Part shown: in pieces, positions 45,877 through 55,319 of the stretch
Position numbering within the stretch: position 1 is the stretch's first letter
Layout: every line of letters begins with the position of its first letter
Source of the DNA: Candidatus Bipolaricaulota bacterium
GTDB lineage: Bacteria; Bipolaricaulota; Bipolaricaulia; UBA7950; UBA9294
Direction: 5' to 3'
Assembly: GCA_018817505.1 (NCBI GenBank)
Contig: JAHITR010000021.1
Location: 1,077-65,076 of the forward strand
DNA length: 64,000 nucleotides
Position numbers and translations under genes: made by a program
Notes under the pieces: generated by a model
Databases searched by the model: none
The model's input: only the letters and a program-made list of their open reading frames with translations
Told to the model about the DNA's origin: nothing

Positions 45877-48800
45877 TTACGGAGACACGATCACAGGCAT
45901 ATACACGGCTTGACCCGAACCATAGATGATCCAGAAGCTGTAGGATCCTGTGCTCAAACTGCCAGTGCCAATCTCGAGAGCATAGTGATCATCGCTTTTG
46001 TAGCTTCCTGAGAAAGCATAGGCTGTGTAGTCCTCGGCACCTCCAGCGCCCGAACTGCCCGTGAATCCGGGCCGAACTACGCTGATCCACGGCCAGCCAG
46101 CTACGCGTCGATCCTGCCTTGTCAATGAGAAATCGGCGTGCAGAATCTCGCCGGCGCGGACAGAGGCAGGGACCACGGATGTGATCGCTTGAATCCTTCC
46201 CAGGTCCGGCGAGTTTGTGATTCCTGGTGTCGCCCGAAGCGGATGTCCGGCGGAGTCATCACCTGCAATGACGAGGCCGAAGTTTGTTTGCCAGTTGTCG
46301 GCATTATCTGGTTTGAGTGGGTCAATCCGCTCCATGGAGCCTCTTGTCGTCGTGCTCCCAGCGACCCACCCATTGCGTCCTAGGTTGGCGGCATTGGCGG
46401 TGTCGACCACTTCTCCATATTCATTCACCAGCATCACGATCTCTCCAAGATCTGAGAGATCAAGCGAGAGAGTTCGCTCAACGTCATAGATTTGGTTTGC
46501 CTGTGTGTCCTGAATCGTGTTGTCGGTGCGTCTCTCAAGTACGTAGTACCCACTTTCAGAGGGAGTCGCGTGAGCTGAGATTAACCACGTCGTCTTGTCG
46601 AAGCTCTCAACGCGAACTTCGGCATCCTGTTCCTGGAGTGACTGATCGCAAGCTGCCGATGCAGCGCCAGCCAGCGTGCCTTCTAGCTCAATCACCTTCC
46701 AGATTTGATCTTCAGGCGTCGACGGAAGGTTGCTTCGCCATCGCAGCACCCAGCCAGACAGATCGACGGGGGCGGTTCCCAGGTTGCGCAATTCTATCCA
46801 TTCATCACGCGCATCGGCAGCGGTTCCTGCCCACGCAATCTCGCTGATGATGACTCGTCCCTCGCACGAAGCCGCGTTATCGGCTGCAGCACCGGCTCCG
46901 GCAATAAGTGGGTCAACGCCAATGGTCACGGTCGCTGTGCTCAAGCTCCCACTGTCGTCGGCGATGGTGTACTGGAAGGTGTCGGTCCCAGAGAATCCCT
47001 GGTTGGGTTCGTAGAGAAGCTCACTGCCTCCAATGGCTACGGTCCCGTTCGTCGGCTGCGTGACTGACACGATGACGAGAGGATCTCCATCGGGATCAGA
47101 ATCATTTCCGAGCACGGGGATTGACACAATGGCATCCTCAATGGTTGTAGCGCTGTCATTCTGAGCGATCGGCGCATCATTGACTGGAGCGACTGCTACG
47201 AACACCGTCGACGTGCTTGTCCCACCTCTTCCATCGGAAACCGTATAGGTGAACGTGTCCACGCCGTCAAATCCCGGATCTGGCGTATACACGAGCTGCC
47301 CACTGATTATTTCCACGGTCCCATGGTCAGGCGATGAGACGGATTCAATGGTCAACGGATCCCCGTCGGGATCGGAATCATTAAGAAGGGGAAGAATCGT
47401 CGTAGGATTGCCCTCATCGGTGATTGCCGAGTCGTCTTGAGTGAGTGGGGCATCGTTTACTTCAGCAACGGAGACAGTGACCGTTGCTTGAGACGATCCC
47501 CCATTTCCATCTGACACGGTGTATGTAAACGTGTCAATCCCTTGGTACCCTGGATTGGGGATATAGGACAGGTTCGTCCGGGAGTTGATGACCGTTCCAT
47601 TGGCTGGTTGAGTGTAGGACTCAATTAGCAGGAAGTCGCCATCAGGATCCGAGTCATTGGCGAGAATTGGGATGACAACCAGAACCTCTTCATCCGTACT
47701 GGCCGAATCATTCTGGGCGACAGGCGGGTCATTCAGCATGCTCACCAGAACAGTGACACGAGCCGTGTCCTTCCCGCCCTTTTGATCAGCGACCGTATAG
47801 ACAAAGCTGTCTGTCCCGCTGAATCCAAGATTTGGCGTGTAGACAATATCGGTTCCCGTGTTCACGGCTCTGCCATTTGCCGGTTGTTGGACGGACTCAA
47901 CGACAAGCGCATCGCTGTCAGGATCAGAGTCATTGGACAGCACCAGGATGGTGACAGGTGAGTTCTCTTGCGTCGTCTGTGAGTCGTCTTGAGCGATTGG
48001 CGCGTCGTTCACTGGGAGGACGTTGATCGCGACGGACGCGGTGGATCTGCCTCCATTGCCATCTGAAACCGTGTAGGTGAATGAATCAATCCCCACGTAA
48101 TTAGGGGCAGGAGTATAGATGATACTCGTTCCGTTCGACACGACGGTACCATGAAGTGGCTGTGTCACTGATTGCACGAAAAGCGTGTCAAGATCGGGAT
48201 CGGAGTCATTTGGAAGAACCTGAATCGTAACAGTCTGATCTTCGCCTGTCGTCACGCTGTCATCCAGAGCTACGGGAGGGTCATTGACTGCAGCCACTGC
48301 GATCGTGACTGAGGCAGTTGCCGTCTCGCCACTATTGTCTGAGATCGTGTACTCGAACGTGTCGACGCCGCTGAATCCTGGATTGGGAGTATAGGCCAGA
48401 GAATTCCCGTTGTTCACGACCGTACCATGAACAGGCTGGGTCGAGGATTGAATCGTGAGAGCATCACCGTCTGGGTCAGAGTCGTTTTGTAGAACATCGA
48501 TAGACAAAGCCGCTCCCTCGGTTGTAGATCCCGAATCATCCTGGGCTGAGGGGGCATCGTTGACTGAGGCGACCGTCACGGTGACTGTTGCCGTCGCCGT
48601 CTCACCCTGTCCGTCTGTAATGGTATAGGTGAATGTATCGAGTCCATTGAAGTTCGCATCGGGTGTGTAGGTAACGTAGGTCGTGTTGTTGATCACCGAG
48701 CCATGAGCAGGTTGGGTTACGGATTGAACGGCGAGATCATTGCCATCGGGATCCGAGTCGTTTCCTAGAACCTGAATCGTGGTCGCAGCTCCCTCATTGG

Positions 48801-51800
48801 TCACTCCGGTGTCGTCTTGCGCGACCGGCGGATCGTTGACTGCTGCAACGGCTATGGTGACCGTTGCTGTGGCAATTCCTCCGTGTCCATCAGAAATCGT
48901 GTAGGTAAACGTGTCCGTGCCATTGAATGCATCATCAGGCGTGTAGGCGACATCGAGACCGTTGTTGACAACGATCCCATGGGCTGGCTGGGTAACGGAT
49001 TGAACAATCAGATCATCGCCATCCAGATCGGAATCATTGGCCAGAACATCGATGATCGCCAGAGAGCCTTCGTCCGTGGAATCGGAATCATTTTGTGCGA
49101 CCGGCAGATCATTGACTGCTGTAACCGCTACGGTCACTGTTGCTGAGGCAGTTCCTCCGTTGCCATCCGAGATGATATAGGTGAACACGTCGACCCCATT
49201 GAATTGCGGATCAGGCGTGTAGGAGATGGAGGCTACGTTCTTGGCTGTTAATCCATGCGCAGGTTGTGTCAGAGACTGGATAGACAAGGAGTCTCCATCC
49301 GGGTCGCTGTCATTGGCAAGAACCGCAATGTCGATGGATGTGTCTTCATCCGTGGCTCTCGAATCGTCTTGCGCGATCGGTGGATCATTGACTGCGGCAA
49401 CGGCAATGCTAACGGTGGCTGTGGCCGTGCCGCCGTGCCCATCTGAGATCTCGTAGCTGAACGAGTCTACGCCGTTGAAATCGGCGGCAGGTGTGTAGGT
49501 GACTTCAATGCCGTTGTGTTCTGCGGATCCATGGGAAGGTTGAGTCACTGATTGGACAATCAGACCGTCACCGTCTAGATCGGAATCATTCTCCAGGACG
49601 TTCACGACCACGGGCGCCCCTTCATCTGTCGAATCAGAATCATCTTGTGCTACAGGAGGATCGTTTACTGCTGCGACATTGATCGTGACTGTCGCTGTCG
49701 CTGTCCCACCGTTGCCATCTGATACAGCGTAGGTGAATACATCGACTCCATTGAACTGTGAATCAGGGGTGTACGAGATGGTATCTGCGCTCTTGACTGC
49801 TGATCCGTGCGTAGGCTGTATCAATGACTGGATCGTCAGAATATCGCCATCGGGATCGCTGTCATTGGCAAGCACCGCGATATCGATGGGCGTATCTTCA
49901 TTGGTGGCGATCGAATCGTCTCGCGCGGTCGGCGGATCATTGACTGCCGCGACTGCGATTGTGACCAAAGCCGAGGCTGTTCCCCCATTGCCGTCTGCGA
50001 CGATATAGCTGAATGAATCGACACCATTGAATTCGGGACTAGGTGTGTACGTGACATTCACGCCGTTGTGGCTAACGGATCCATGGGCAGGCTGCGTTGC
50101 CGATTGGATGACTAGGGGGTCGCCGTCCACATCGGAGTCATTGGCTAGGACATCGACGGTGACTGGGATGCCTTCGTCTGTCGCATCTGAGTCATCTTGA
50201 GCCACAGGGGGATCATTCGCTGCGGTGACATCAATGGTGGCGGTTGCAGATGATGTCCCTCCATTGCCGTCAGACACGGTGTACGTGAATACGTCAATCC
50301 CATGGAATTGCGGATCTGGCGTATAGATGATGTTCGATGCGTTCTTGACTGCCGATCCGTGCGTCGGCTGCGTCAGAGACTGGATGACAAGGCTATCGCC
50401 GTCAGGATCATTGTCGTTGGCAAGAACGGCGATATCGATCGGCGTATCTTCATTGGTGGTTCTCGAATCGTCCTCAGCAACGGGCGGATCATTGACGGCA
50501 GTCACTGCGACATGAACCGTGGCTGTGGCTGTCCCTCCGTTTCCATCGGAGATGGTATACGTGAACGAATCGACACCATTGAATCCAGGATCTGGAATGT
50601 ATGAAACGCTGTTGTCGGCATTAATTACGGAACCATTGATGGGAGAGGTAACGGATTCCACAAGCAAGAAATCACCGTCAGGATCGGAATCATTTGAGAT
50701 CACAAAGATGGCTACAAGCGTGTCCTCTTCTGTCGTGGCGCTGTCATCCTGTGCCGTCGGTCGGTCATTGACTGGGTTTACGCGGATTGTCACAATTGCC
50801 GTTTCCGTGCCTCCCTGCCCATCTGAGATTGAGTAGGTCAGGGTGTCGGTTCCGCTGAAGTTCAAACTGGGCGCGTAGGTTAGCGATGTCCCGAGATTCT
50901 CGACGACTCCATGGCTTGGCTGAGTTACGGCTTCGATGAACAGACTGTCGCCATCGGGATCGGTATCATTGGCCAGAACATCTATGGAGATGGGGGTCTC
51001 CTCGTCCGTCGCCGCTTCGTCATTCTCAGCGATCGGTGAATCGTTCTTCGCGATCACTGTGATGGTGACGACCGCAGTGGCCGTCTTATCGCTTCCATCG
51101 GACATGGTATAGGTGAACGTATCCAGTCCGTTGAAGTCGGGATTTGGTGTGTAAACGGCTCGACTTCCCTGTATCACCACGGACCCGTTAACAGGCTGGG
51201 AGACGGATTGCAGGACGAGGGCGTCGCCATCAAGATCGGAGTCATTGGCCAGCACATTGACCGCAACAGGCACGTCTTCCTGCGTGCTACTGCTATCATC
51301 TTGTGCAACGGGGGGATCATTTCTGGGCGTGATGGTGACGTAGGCTGTTGCCGTTGCCTTCCCGCCATGGATATCCCTAGCTGTATACGTGAATTCATCT
51401 TCGCCATTGAAATCCGGTGCTGGAACATAGGTCACGCCGAATCCATGGTTGACTACGTTCCCGTGCAAAGGTTGTAGGACGGATTCCACGGTCAACTCAT
51501 CGCCATCTGGGTCGGTGTCATTGCCAAGCACATCGATGTCTACGGGCGTGTCTTCGTCTGTGACTTCGAAGTCGTCAGTAGCCGAAGGCAGGTCGTTGAC
51601 CTCTGCCACAGCGATGGCTACCAAGGCCACGGACGTTCCTCCGTTGCCATCTGTAAGTGTGTATGTGAACGAATCGATGCCATGGAAGTCAGGATCTGGG
51701 GAATACGTTACGTTGGATCCATTGGTGGTCGACGCGCCGTGGCTAGGCTGAGACACGGATTGGACTGCGAGGCCGTCGCCATCGGGATCTGAGTCATTGT

Positions 51801-54396
51801 CCAACACGGAGACGGTTACTGGGGTGTCTTCTGTGCCCGATGCCGAGTCATCCTGCGCGACGGGAGGATCGTTCACAGGAGTCACTAAAATCGTGACCGT
51901 GGCACGTGCCTGGCCACCGTTGCCATCTGTTGCTGCGTAGTCGAATGTATCCACTCCGTGGAAGTTAGGATTGGGGGTGTAAGTCACGGTTCTGCCGTTG
52001 TTGGCAACTGTGCCATTCTCCGGCTGGGTGACCCAGTCTACGGAAAGGACGTCGCCGTCAGGATCCGAATCATTGGTCAATACGTTGAGAGTCGCAGGGA
52101 CATCCTCTTCAGTTGCCCCCTGATCATCCTGGGCAGTGGGCGCGTCGTTGCCAGGGAGAATGATGAGAGTGACCGTCGCAAGATTAGATTCCTTGGTACC
52201 ACCCTGTGCGAGGTACGTGAATTCGTCACTGGTTGTCTCGCTTCCGTCATGGGTATAGGTGAAAGATCCATCCCCATTCAGGGATAGAATTCCATGAACA
52301 ACGCCTGCGCCGAGCGTCACGGATAGTGGGTGCTCCGGAGAAGCGATGTCGTTACTCAGCACACCGGGGCGGGATATATTGAGCGTCTGCCCCTCTCCGA
52401 CGCTATACAAGTCATCAATGGCGAGTGGCGGGTCATCGCACAGGATTTCGACGATGACTGTTGCCTCGTTAGACTCCCTCCCATCGTTGTCCCGCACGAC
52501 ATACTTGAAGACGTCTTCATCGCACTCGCCTGTGTTGGGTGTATACGTGATGACACCGCTGGAAGGGTGAACGCTTATCGACCCTTCTTGGGGCTGTTGC
52601 GTAATGGTGATCGTCGCTAGATCGATCGTCCCATCGGAGTCGAAGTCGTTGGCAGCAACATGAATTCCCACGGACGTATTCTCATCGGTGGTTGCCTCAT
52701 CATCCTCTGCTACAGGCGGTACGTTGCAGATGACAGAAATATCCACACGGGCTTCGTCCGACATGGCACCGTCATTGTCCGCGACTGTGTACCTGAAGTA
52801 ATCGTCCCCGCAGCTTCCAGGATCGGGGACATAGGAGACAACGCCTGTTGACGGATCAGCGCTGATTGTGCCGTTCTTGGGATCCTTCGTAATGGTGAGT
52901 GTTGCTGGATCGATGGATCCATCTGGATCGGAATCGTTGGCAAGGATGTCGATATTCACGGATCGATTTTCATCTGTTGTGGCATCGTCATCCTGCGTCT
53001 TTGGGGGCTCATTGCACAGGACCGTGAGTTCGACCTTCGCTTCGTCTGAGACGCCACCATCGTTGTCAGCCACGGTGTACTTGAAGTAATCATCACCGCA
53101 AGCTCCTGAATCTGGGGAGTAGGAAACGATGCCCGTTGTGGAGTCTATCCTTGCTGATCCGTTCTTGGGGTCCTTGGTAATGGTGACGGTTGCCGGATTG
53201 ATCGATCCATCCGAATCGGAGTCGTTGGCAAGAATATCGATGTCGATTTCCACATCTTCTTCTGTGGTGGCAGCATCGTCTCTTGCAATGGGCTCATCAT
53301 TGCACCGCACGGTCACATCGACACTGGCCTCATCGGATACGGCTCCGTCATTGTCCTGCACGGTATATTCAAAATTATCGTCACCACATGTCCTTGAATC
53401 GGGGGTGTACGTGACGACTCCGTTGGATGGATTGATGCTGAGCGTTCCGTACTTTGAATCCTTCGTGATGGTGATCGATGCCGGATTGATCGAACCATCA
53501 GCATCGGCATCGTTGGCCAAAATGCTGATCTGAACGGACTCATTCTCATTTGTCTGGGCGGTGTCATCGACCGCTGTAGGCGCATCATTGTGAGAGACAA
53601 CGATCACCGTGACCACGGCTGAAGCAACATTGCCTCCGCTGTCCCGAATGGTGTACGTGAAGCTGTCCGTTCCGCCGAAATCTTTCTCGGGACTGTAGGT
53701 TACAGTTCCGCCTCTGTTGATCTGAGTGGTTCCGCGGGCACCATTAGAGAGATCGATGATCTCTGTTGGCTCAAGTCCGAGAATGTCGTTTGCGAGGATA
53801 TCGATTGTGACAGAATCGTCTTCAACGGCTTCGATTGCATCGTCGAGTGCTTCAAGAGGCAGAATAACGGAGATCGATCCATATTGATCCCCAGTGCACT
53901 TGGATTTGGGGCCGTAGGGCTCGCAAGATCCGTCCTCGCAGTCGGCCACATCCTTGTAATCCTTGTCTACGGACCACATGACCAGCACGTTTTCAAGGCT
54001 CAGTGAACTGCCGTACGGGAGAGAGACGGTGCCAAAGTAGATGTCAGGATAATCGCCCTTGGAGAGCACATTCATTGGCTCACTGACCAGGTCAGCAATG
54101 GCCAGATCTCCATCAATGTAGACATCTGCGACAAAGCGAACGCAGTAGGTCTTCTGTCTATTGAAATGCAGGGAAACAAACAGATTGGCTTCTGCAGATC
54201 CTCCAGGAGAGCCCGCGCCCAGTAGCTCAGCTGTGACGTCAACCAACTCGACATCATTGGCCGTGCATCCCGAAATGCATCGCGGAAACGTTTGGGCGTC
54301 GGCAGCAATGGCCATGAGCAGGATGAGCACAAGCAGCAGGGAGGCAACGATCAGTAGCTTCCTCCCCTGATACACAGCGGATGTTTGTTTGATCAT
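45877..54396 (-). CDS. giant secreted protein (2839 aa): >20 tandem ~95-aa cadherin-like/VCBS-type repeats plus a C-terminal lamin-tail domain (LTD)
   Basis: GAGGAGG RBS and signal peptide (...LLIVASLLLVLILLMAIAADA). The repeat consensus is ...VNDPPVAQDDS..T.EDTP..I.VLANDSDPDGD.L...SVTQP.HG.V..NG..VTYTP...FNG.DSFTYT.SDGNGGTATATVTI.V.... The C-terminus (...RVIISEIAWAGTAADARDEWIELRNLGTAPVDLSGWVLRW...) matches the LTD pattern. Confidence 0.85.
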   Translation of the reverse strand: MIKQTSAVYQGRKLLIVASLLLVLILLMAIAADAQTFPRCISGCTANDVELVDVTAELLGAGSPGGSAEANLFVSLHFNRQKTYCVRFVADVYIDGDLAIADLVSEPMNVLSKGDYPDIYFGTVSLPYGSSLSLENVLVMWSVDKDYKDVADCEDGSCEPYGPKSKCTGDQYGSISVILPLEALDDAIEAVEDDSVTIDILANDILGLEPTEIIDLSNGARGTTQINRGGTVTYSPEKDFGGTDSFTYTIRDSGGNVASAVVTVIVVSHNDAPTAVDDTAQTNENESVQISILANDADADGSINPASITITKDSKYGTLSINPSNGVVTYTPDSRTCGDDNFEYTVQDNDGAVSDEASVDVTVRCNDEPIARDDAATTEEDVEIDIDILANDSDSDGSINPATVTITKDPKNGSARIDSTTGIVSYSPDSGACGDDYFKYTVADNDGGVSDEAKVELTVLCNEPPKTQDDDATTDENRSVNIDILANDSDPDGSIDPATLTITKDPKNGTISADPSTGVVSYVPDPGSCGDDYFRYTVADNDGAMSDEARVDISVICNVPPVAEDDEATTDENTSVGIHVAANDFDSDGTIDLATITITQQPQEGSISVHPSSGVITYTPNTGECDEDVFKYVVRDNDGRESNEATVIVEILCDDPPLAIDDLYSVGEGQTLNISRPGVLSNDIASPEHPLSVTLGAGVVHGILSLNGDGSFTYTHDGSETTSDEFTYLAQGGTKESNLATVTLIILPGNDAPTAQDDQGATEEDVPATLNVLTNDSDPDGDVLSVDWVTQPENGTVANNGRTVTYTPNPNFHGVDTFDYAATDGNGGQARATVTILVTPVNDPPVAQDDSASGTEDTPVTVSVLDNDSDPDGDGLAVQSVSQPSHGASTTNGSNVTYSPDPDFHGIDSFTYTLTDGNGGTSVALVAIAVAEVNDLPSATDDFEVTDEDTPVDIDVLGNDTDPDGDELTVESVLQPLHGNVVNHGFGVTYVPAPDFNGEDEFTYTARDIHGGKATATAYVTITPRNDPPVAQDDSSSTQEDVPVAVNVLANDSDLDGDALVLQSVSQPVNGSVVIQGSRAVYTPNPDFNGLDTFTYTMSDGSDKTATAVVTITVIAKNDSPIAENDEAATDEETPISIDVLANDTDPDGDSLFIEAVTQPSHGVVENLGTSLTYAPSLNFSGTDTLTYSISDGQGGTETAIVTIRVNPVNDRPTAQDDSATTEEDTLVAIFVISNDSDPDGDFLLVESVTSPINGSVINADNSVSYIPDPGFNGVDSFTYTISDGNGGTATATVHVAVTAVNDPPVAEDDSRTTNEDTPIDIAVLANDNDPDGDSLVIQSLTQPTHGSAVKNASNIIYTPDPQFHGIDVFTYTVSDGNGGTSSATATIDVTAANDPPVAQDDSDATDEGIPVTVDVLANDSDVDGDPLVIQSATQPAHGSVSHNGVNVTYTPSPEFNGVDSFSYIVADGNGGTASALVTIAVAAVNDPPTARDDSIATNEDTPIDIAVLANDSDPDGDILTIQSLIQPTHGSAVKSADTISYTPDSQFNGVDVFTYAVSDGNGGTATATVTINVAAVNDPPVAQDDSDSTDEGAPVVVNVLENDSDLDGDGLIVQSVTQPSHGSAEHNGIEVTYTPAADFNGVDSFSYEISDGHGGTATATVSIAVAAVNDPPIAQDDSRATDEDTSIDIAVLANDSDPDGDSLSIQSLTQPAHGLTAKNVASISYTPDPQFNGVDVFTYIISDGNGGTASATVTVAVTAVNDLPVAQNDSDSTDEGSLAIIDVLANDSDLDGDDLIVQSVTQPAHGIVVNNGLDVAYTPDDAFNGTDTFTYTISDGHGGIATATVTIAVAAVNDPPVAQDDTGVTNEGAATTIQVLGNDSDPDGNDLAVQSVTQPAHGSVINNTTYVTYTPDANFNGLDTFTYTITDGQGETATATVTVTVASVNDAPSAQDDSGSTTEGAALSIDVLQNDSDPDGDALTIQSSTQPVHGTVVNNGNSLAYTPNPGFSGVDTFEYTISDNSGETATASVTIAVAAVNDPPVALDDSVTTGEDQTVTIQVLPNDSDPDLDTLFVQSVTQPLHGTVVSNGTSIIYTPAPNYVGIDSFTYTVSDGNGGRSTASVAINVLPVNDAPIAQDDSQTTQENSPVTILVLSNDSDPDSDALVVESVQQPANGRAVNTGTDIVYTPNLGFSGTDSFVYTVADQKGGKDTARVTVLVSMLNDPPVAQNDSASTDEEVLVVIPILANDSDPDGDFLLIESYTQPANGTVINSRTNLSYIPNPGYQGIDTFTYTVSDGNGGSSQATVTVSVAEVNDAPLTQDDSAITDEGNPTTILPLLNDSDPDGDPLTIESVSSPDHGTVEIISGQLVYTPDPGFDGVDTFTYTVSDGRGGTSTSTVFVAVAPVNDAPIAQNDSATTIEDAIVSIPVLGNDSDPDGDPLVIVSVTQPTNGTVAIGGSELLYEPNQGFSGTDTFQYTIADDSGSLSTATVTIGVDPLIAGAGAAADNAASCEGRVIISEIAWAGTAADARDEWIELRNLGTAPVDLSGWVLRWRSNLPSTPEDQIWKVIELEGTLAGAASAACDQSLQEQDAEVRVESFDKTTWLISAHATPSESGYYVLERRTDNTIQDTQANQIYDVERTLSLDLSDLGEIVMLVNEYGEVVDTANAANLGRNGWVAGSTTTRGSMERIDPLKPDNADNWQTNFGLVIAGDDSAGHPLRATPGITNSPDLGRIQAITSVVPASVRAGEILHADFSLTRQDRRVAGWPWISVVRPGFTGSSGAGGAEDYTAYAFSGSYKSDDHYALEIGTGSLSTGSYSFWIIYGSGQAVYMPVIVSP
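47000..53650. repeat. coding tandem repeats (~285-295-bp units, >20 copies) inside the 2839-aa gene
   Basis: Near-identical 95-97-aa protein repeats. Many repeated out-of-frame pseudo-ORFs on both strands appear in the track. Confidence 0.7.
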
Positions 54397-54859
54397 GGGT
54401 TGATGCCTCCTCGAGAAACGCGATTAACCTTCAAATGACTTACATAGCAAAGAATGCTGGATGACGATCCAGCCATACAGGATGGTTGTATCCACATAGC
54501 CCAGTGTTTCTTCATCTCAAACCGCCTCCTTGGTGGAGGCCGGCAACCTGCTACCTCGAACGATCCAGTCCTCCTGGTTCGAGGCCATGGCTTTGCGTCC
54601 CGCTCTCGCGAGCGGTTTGCCTTTTTCAGCCATACATGAGCGAAGCTCGATAATATGATTATGCCTCGACTGTAGTTGGTCTAGCGAAGCAGTGGCATGG
54701 CTTCCAGTACATCGACCATACATTGTATCCGATGAGACAATCAAACCCAATTCTGGAATGGGATATCGCAGTTTTGTGGCGACGCGGCAGCAGCCGTGCA
54801 AGTGATTGCCAATAGAGAGTCTGGCTGTACACTGGAGGTTGCAGAAAGGAGGCGGCGCG

Positions 54860-55177
54860 ATGTATCGAAGTTCGGTTCGCAAATTCATTCAAGGGGTCCT
54901 CTGTCTTCTGGATGAAGGACGAGACATAAGTTTCGAGCAAATCGCTGAGCTGCGGGACTACACGATTGCCGATATCTTGACAAAGCTTCGTGTGGACAAG
55001 GCGCAGGAAATTCGTGACGGCATGCCGCTCGAAGATTGGGACGAAATCATGGGCTATGTGGGGCGATTCAGCACTGCGCACGGTCCGCAATCTCTCCGTT
55101 TCTACGACTCCACGATCAAGAATAGCTTCCTGTGTTGGCTTGCTGCCATCGGCGTTGAGATGCTGGCAGACGTGTAG
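54860..55177 (+). CDS. hypothetical small acidic protein (105 aa)
   Basis: AAAGGAGG RBS 7 nt before ATG. It is on the same strand as the downstream GGDEF-EAL gene. Preferred over the overlapping antisense ORF 54659..55231. Confidence 0.45.
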   Translation: MYRSSVRKFIQGVLCLLDEGRDISFEQIAELRDYTIADILTKLRVDKAQEIRDGMPLEDWDEIMGYVGRFSTAHGPQSLRFYDSTIKNSFLCWLAAIGVEMLADV

Positions 55178-55319
55178 TGAATTCATCGCGCAACACGGGC
55201 TCTGGGTCGTCGTCGTGGACGACCTTTTCATTCGAAGGTTTCATCTGATTCAGACACCTGTCCAGCATGTTGTCTTCAGGTTCAGCACAATAGAAAAATC
55301 GATTTGAGGAGGCAGATGC

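Noticed and set aside
28351-54396. Dozens of 60-230-aa ORFs on both strands inside the two giant genes
   Set aside because: They are artefacts of high GC content and tandem repeats. The same pseudo-peptides recur at repeat spacing, and each lies within a continuous, signal-peptide-bearing giant ORF.
54659-55231. 190-aa minus-strand ORF overlapping the 54860..55177 plus ORF
   Set aside because: The plus-strand ORF has a strong AGGAGG RBS and is co-directional with downstream genes. The minus ORF begins with a Thr/Ser-rich low-complexity stretch and lacks an SD. Only one of the two can be real, and confidence stays modest either way.
55316-55318. ATG at 55316 as start of the PAS-GGDEF-EAL gene
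   Set aside because: It is out of frame and gives a 13-codon ORF. The in-frame GTG at 55320, 7 nt after GAGGAGG, is the real start.
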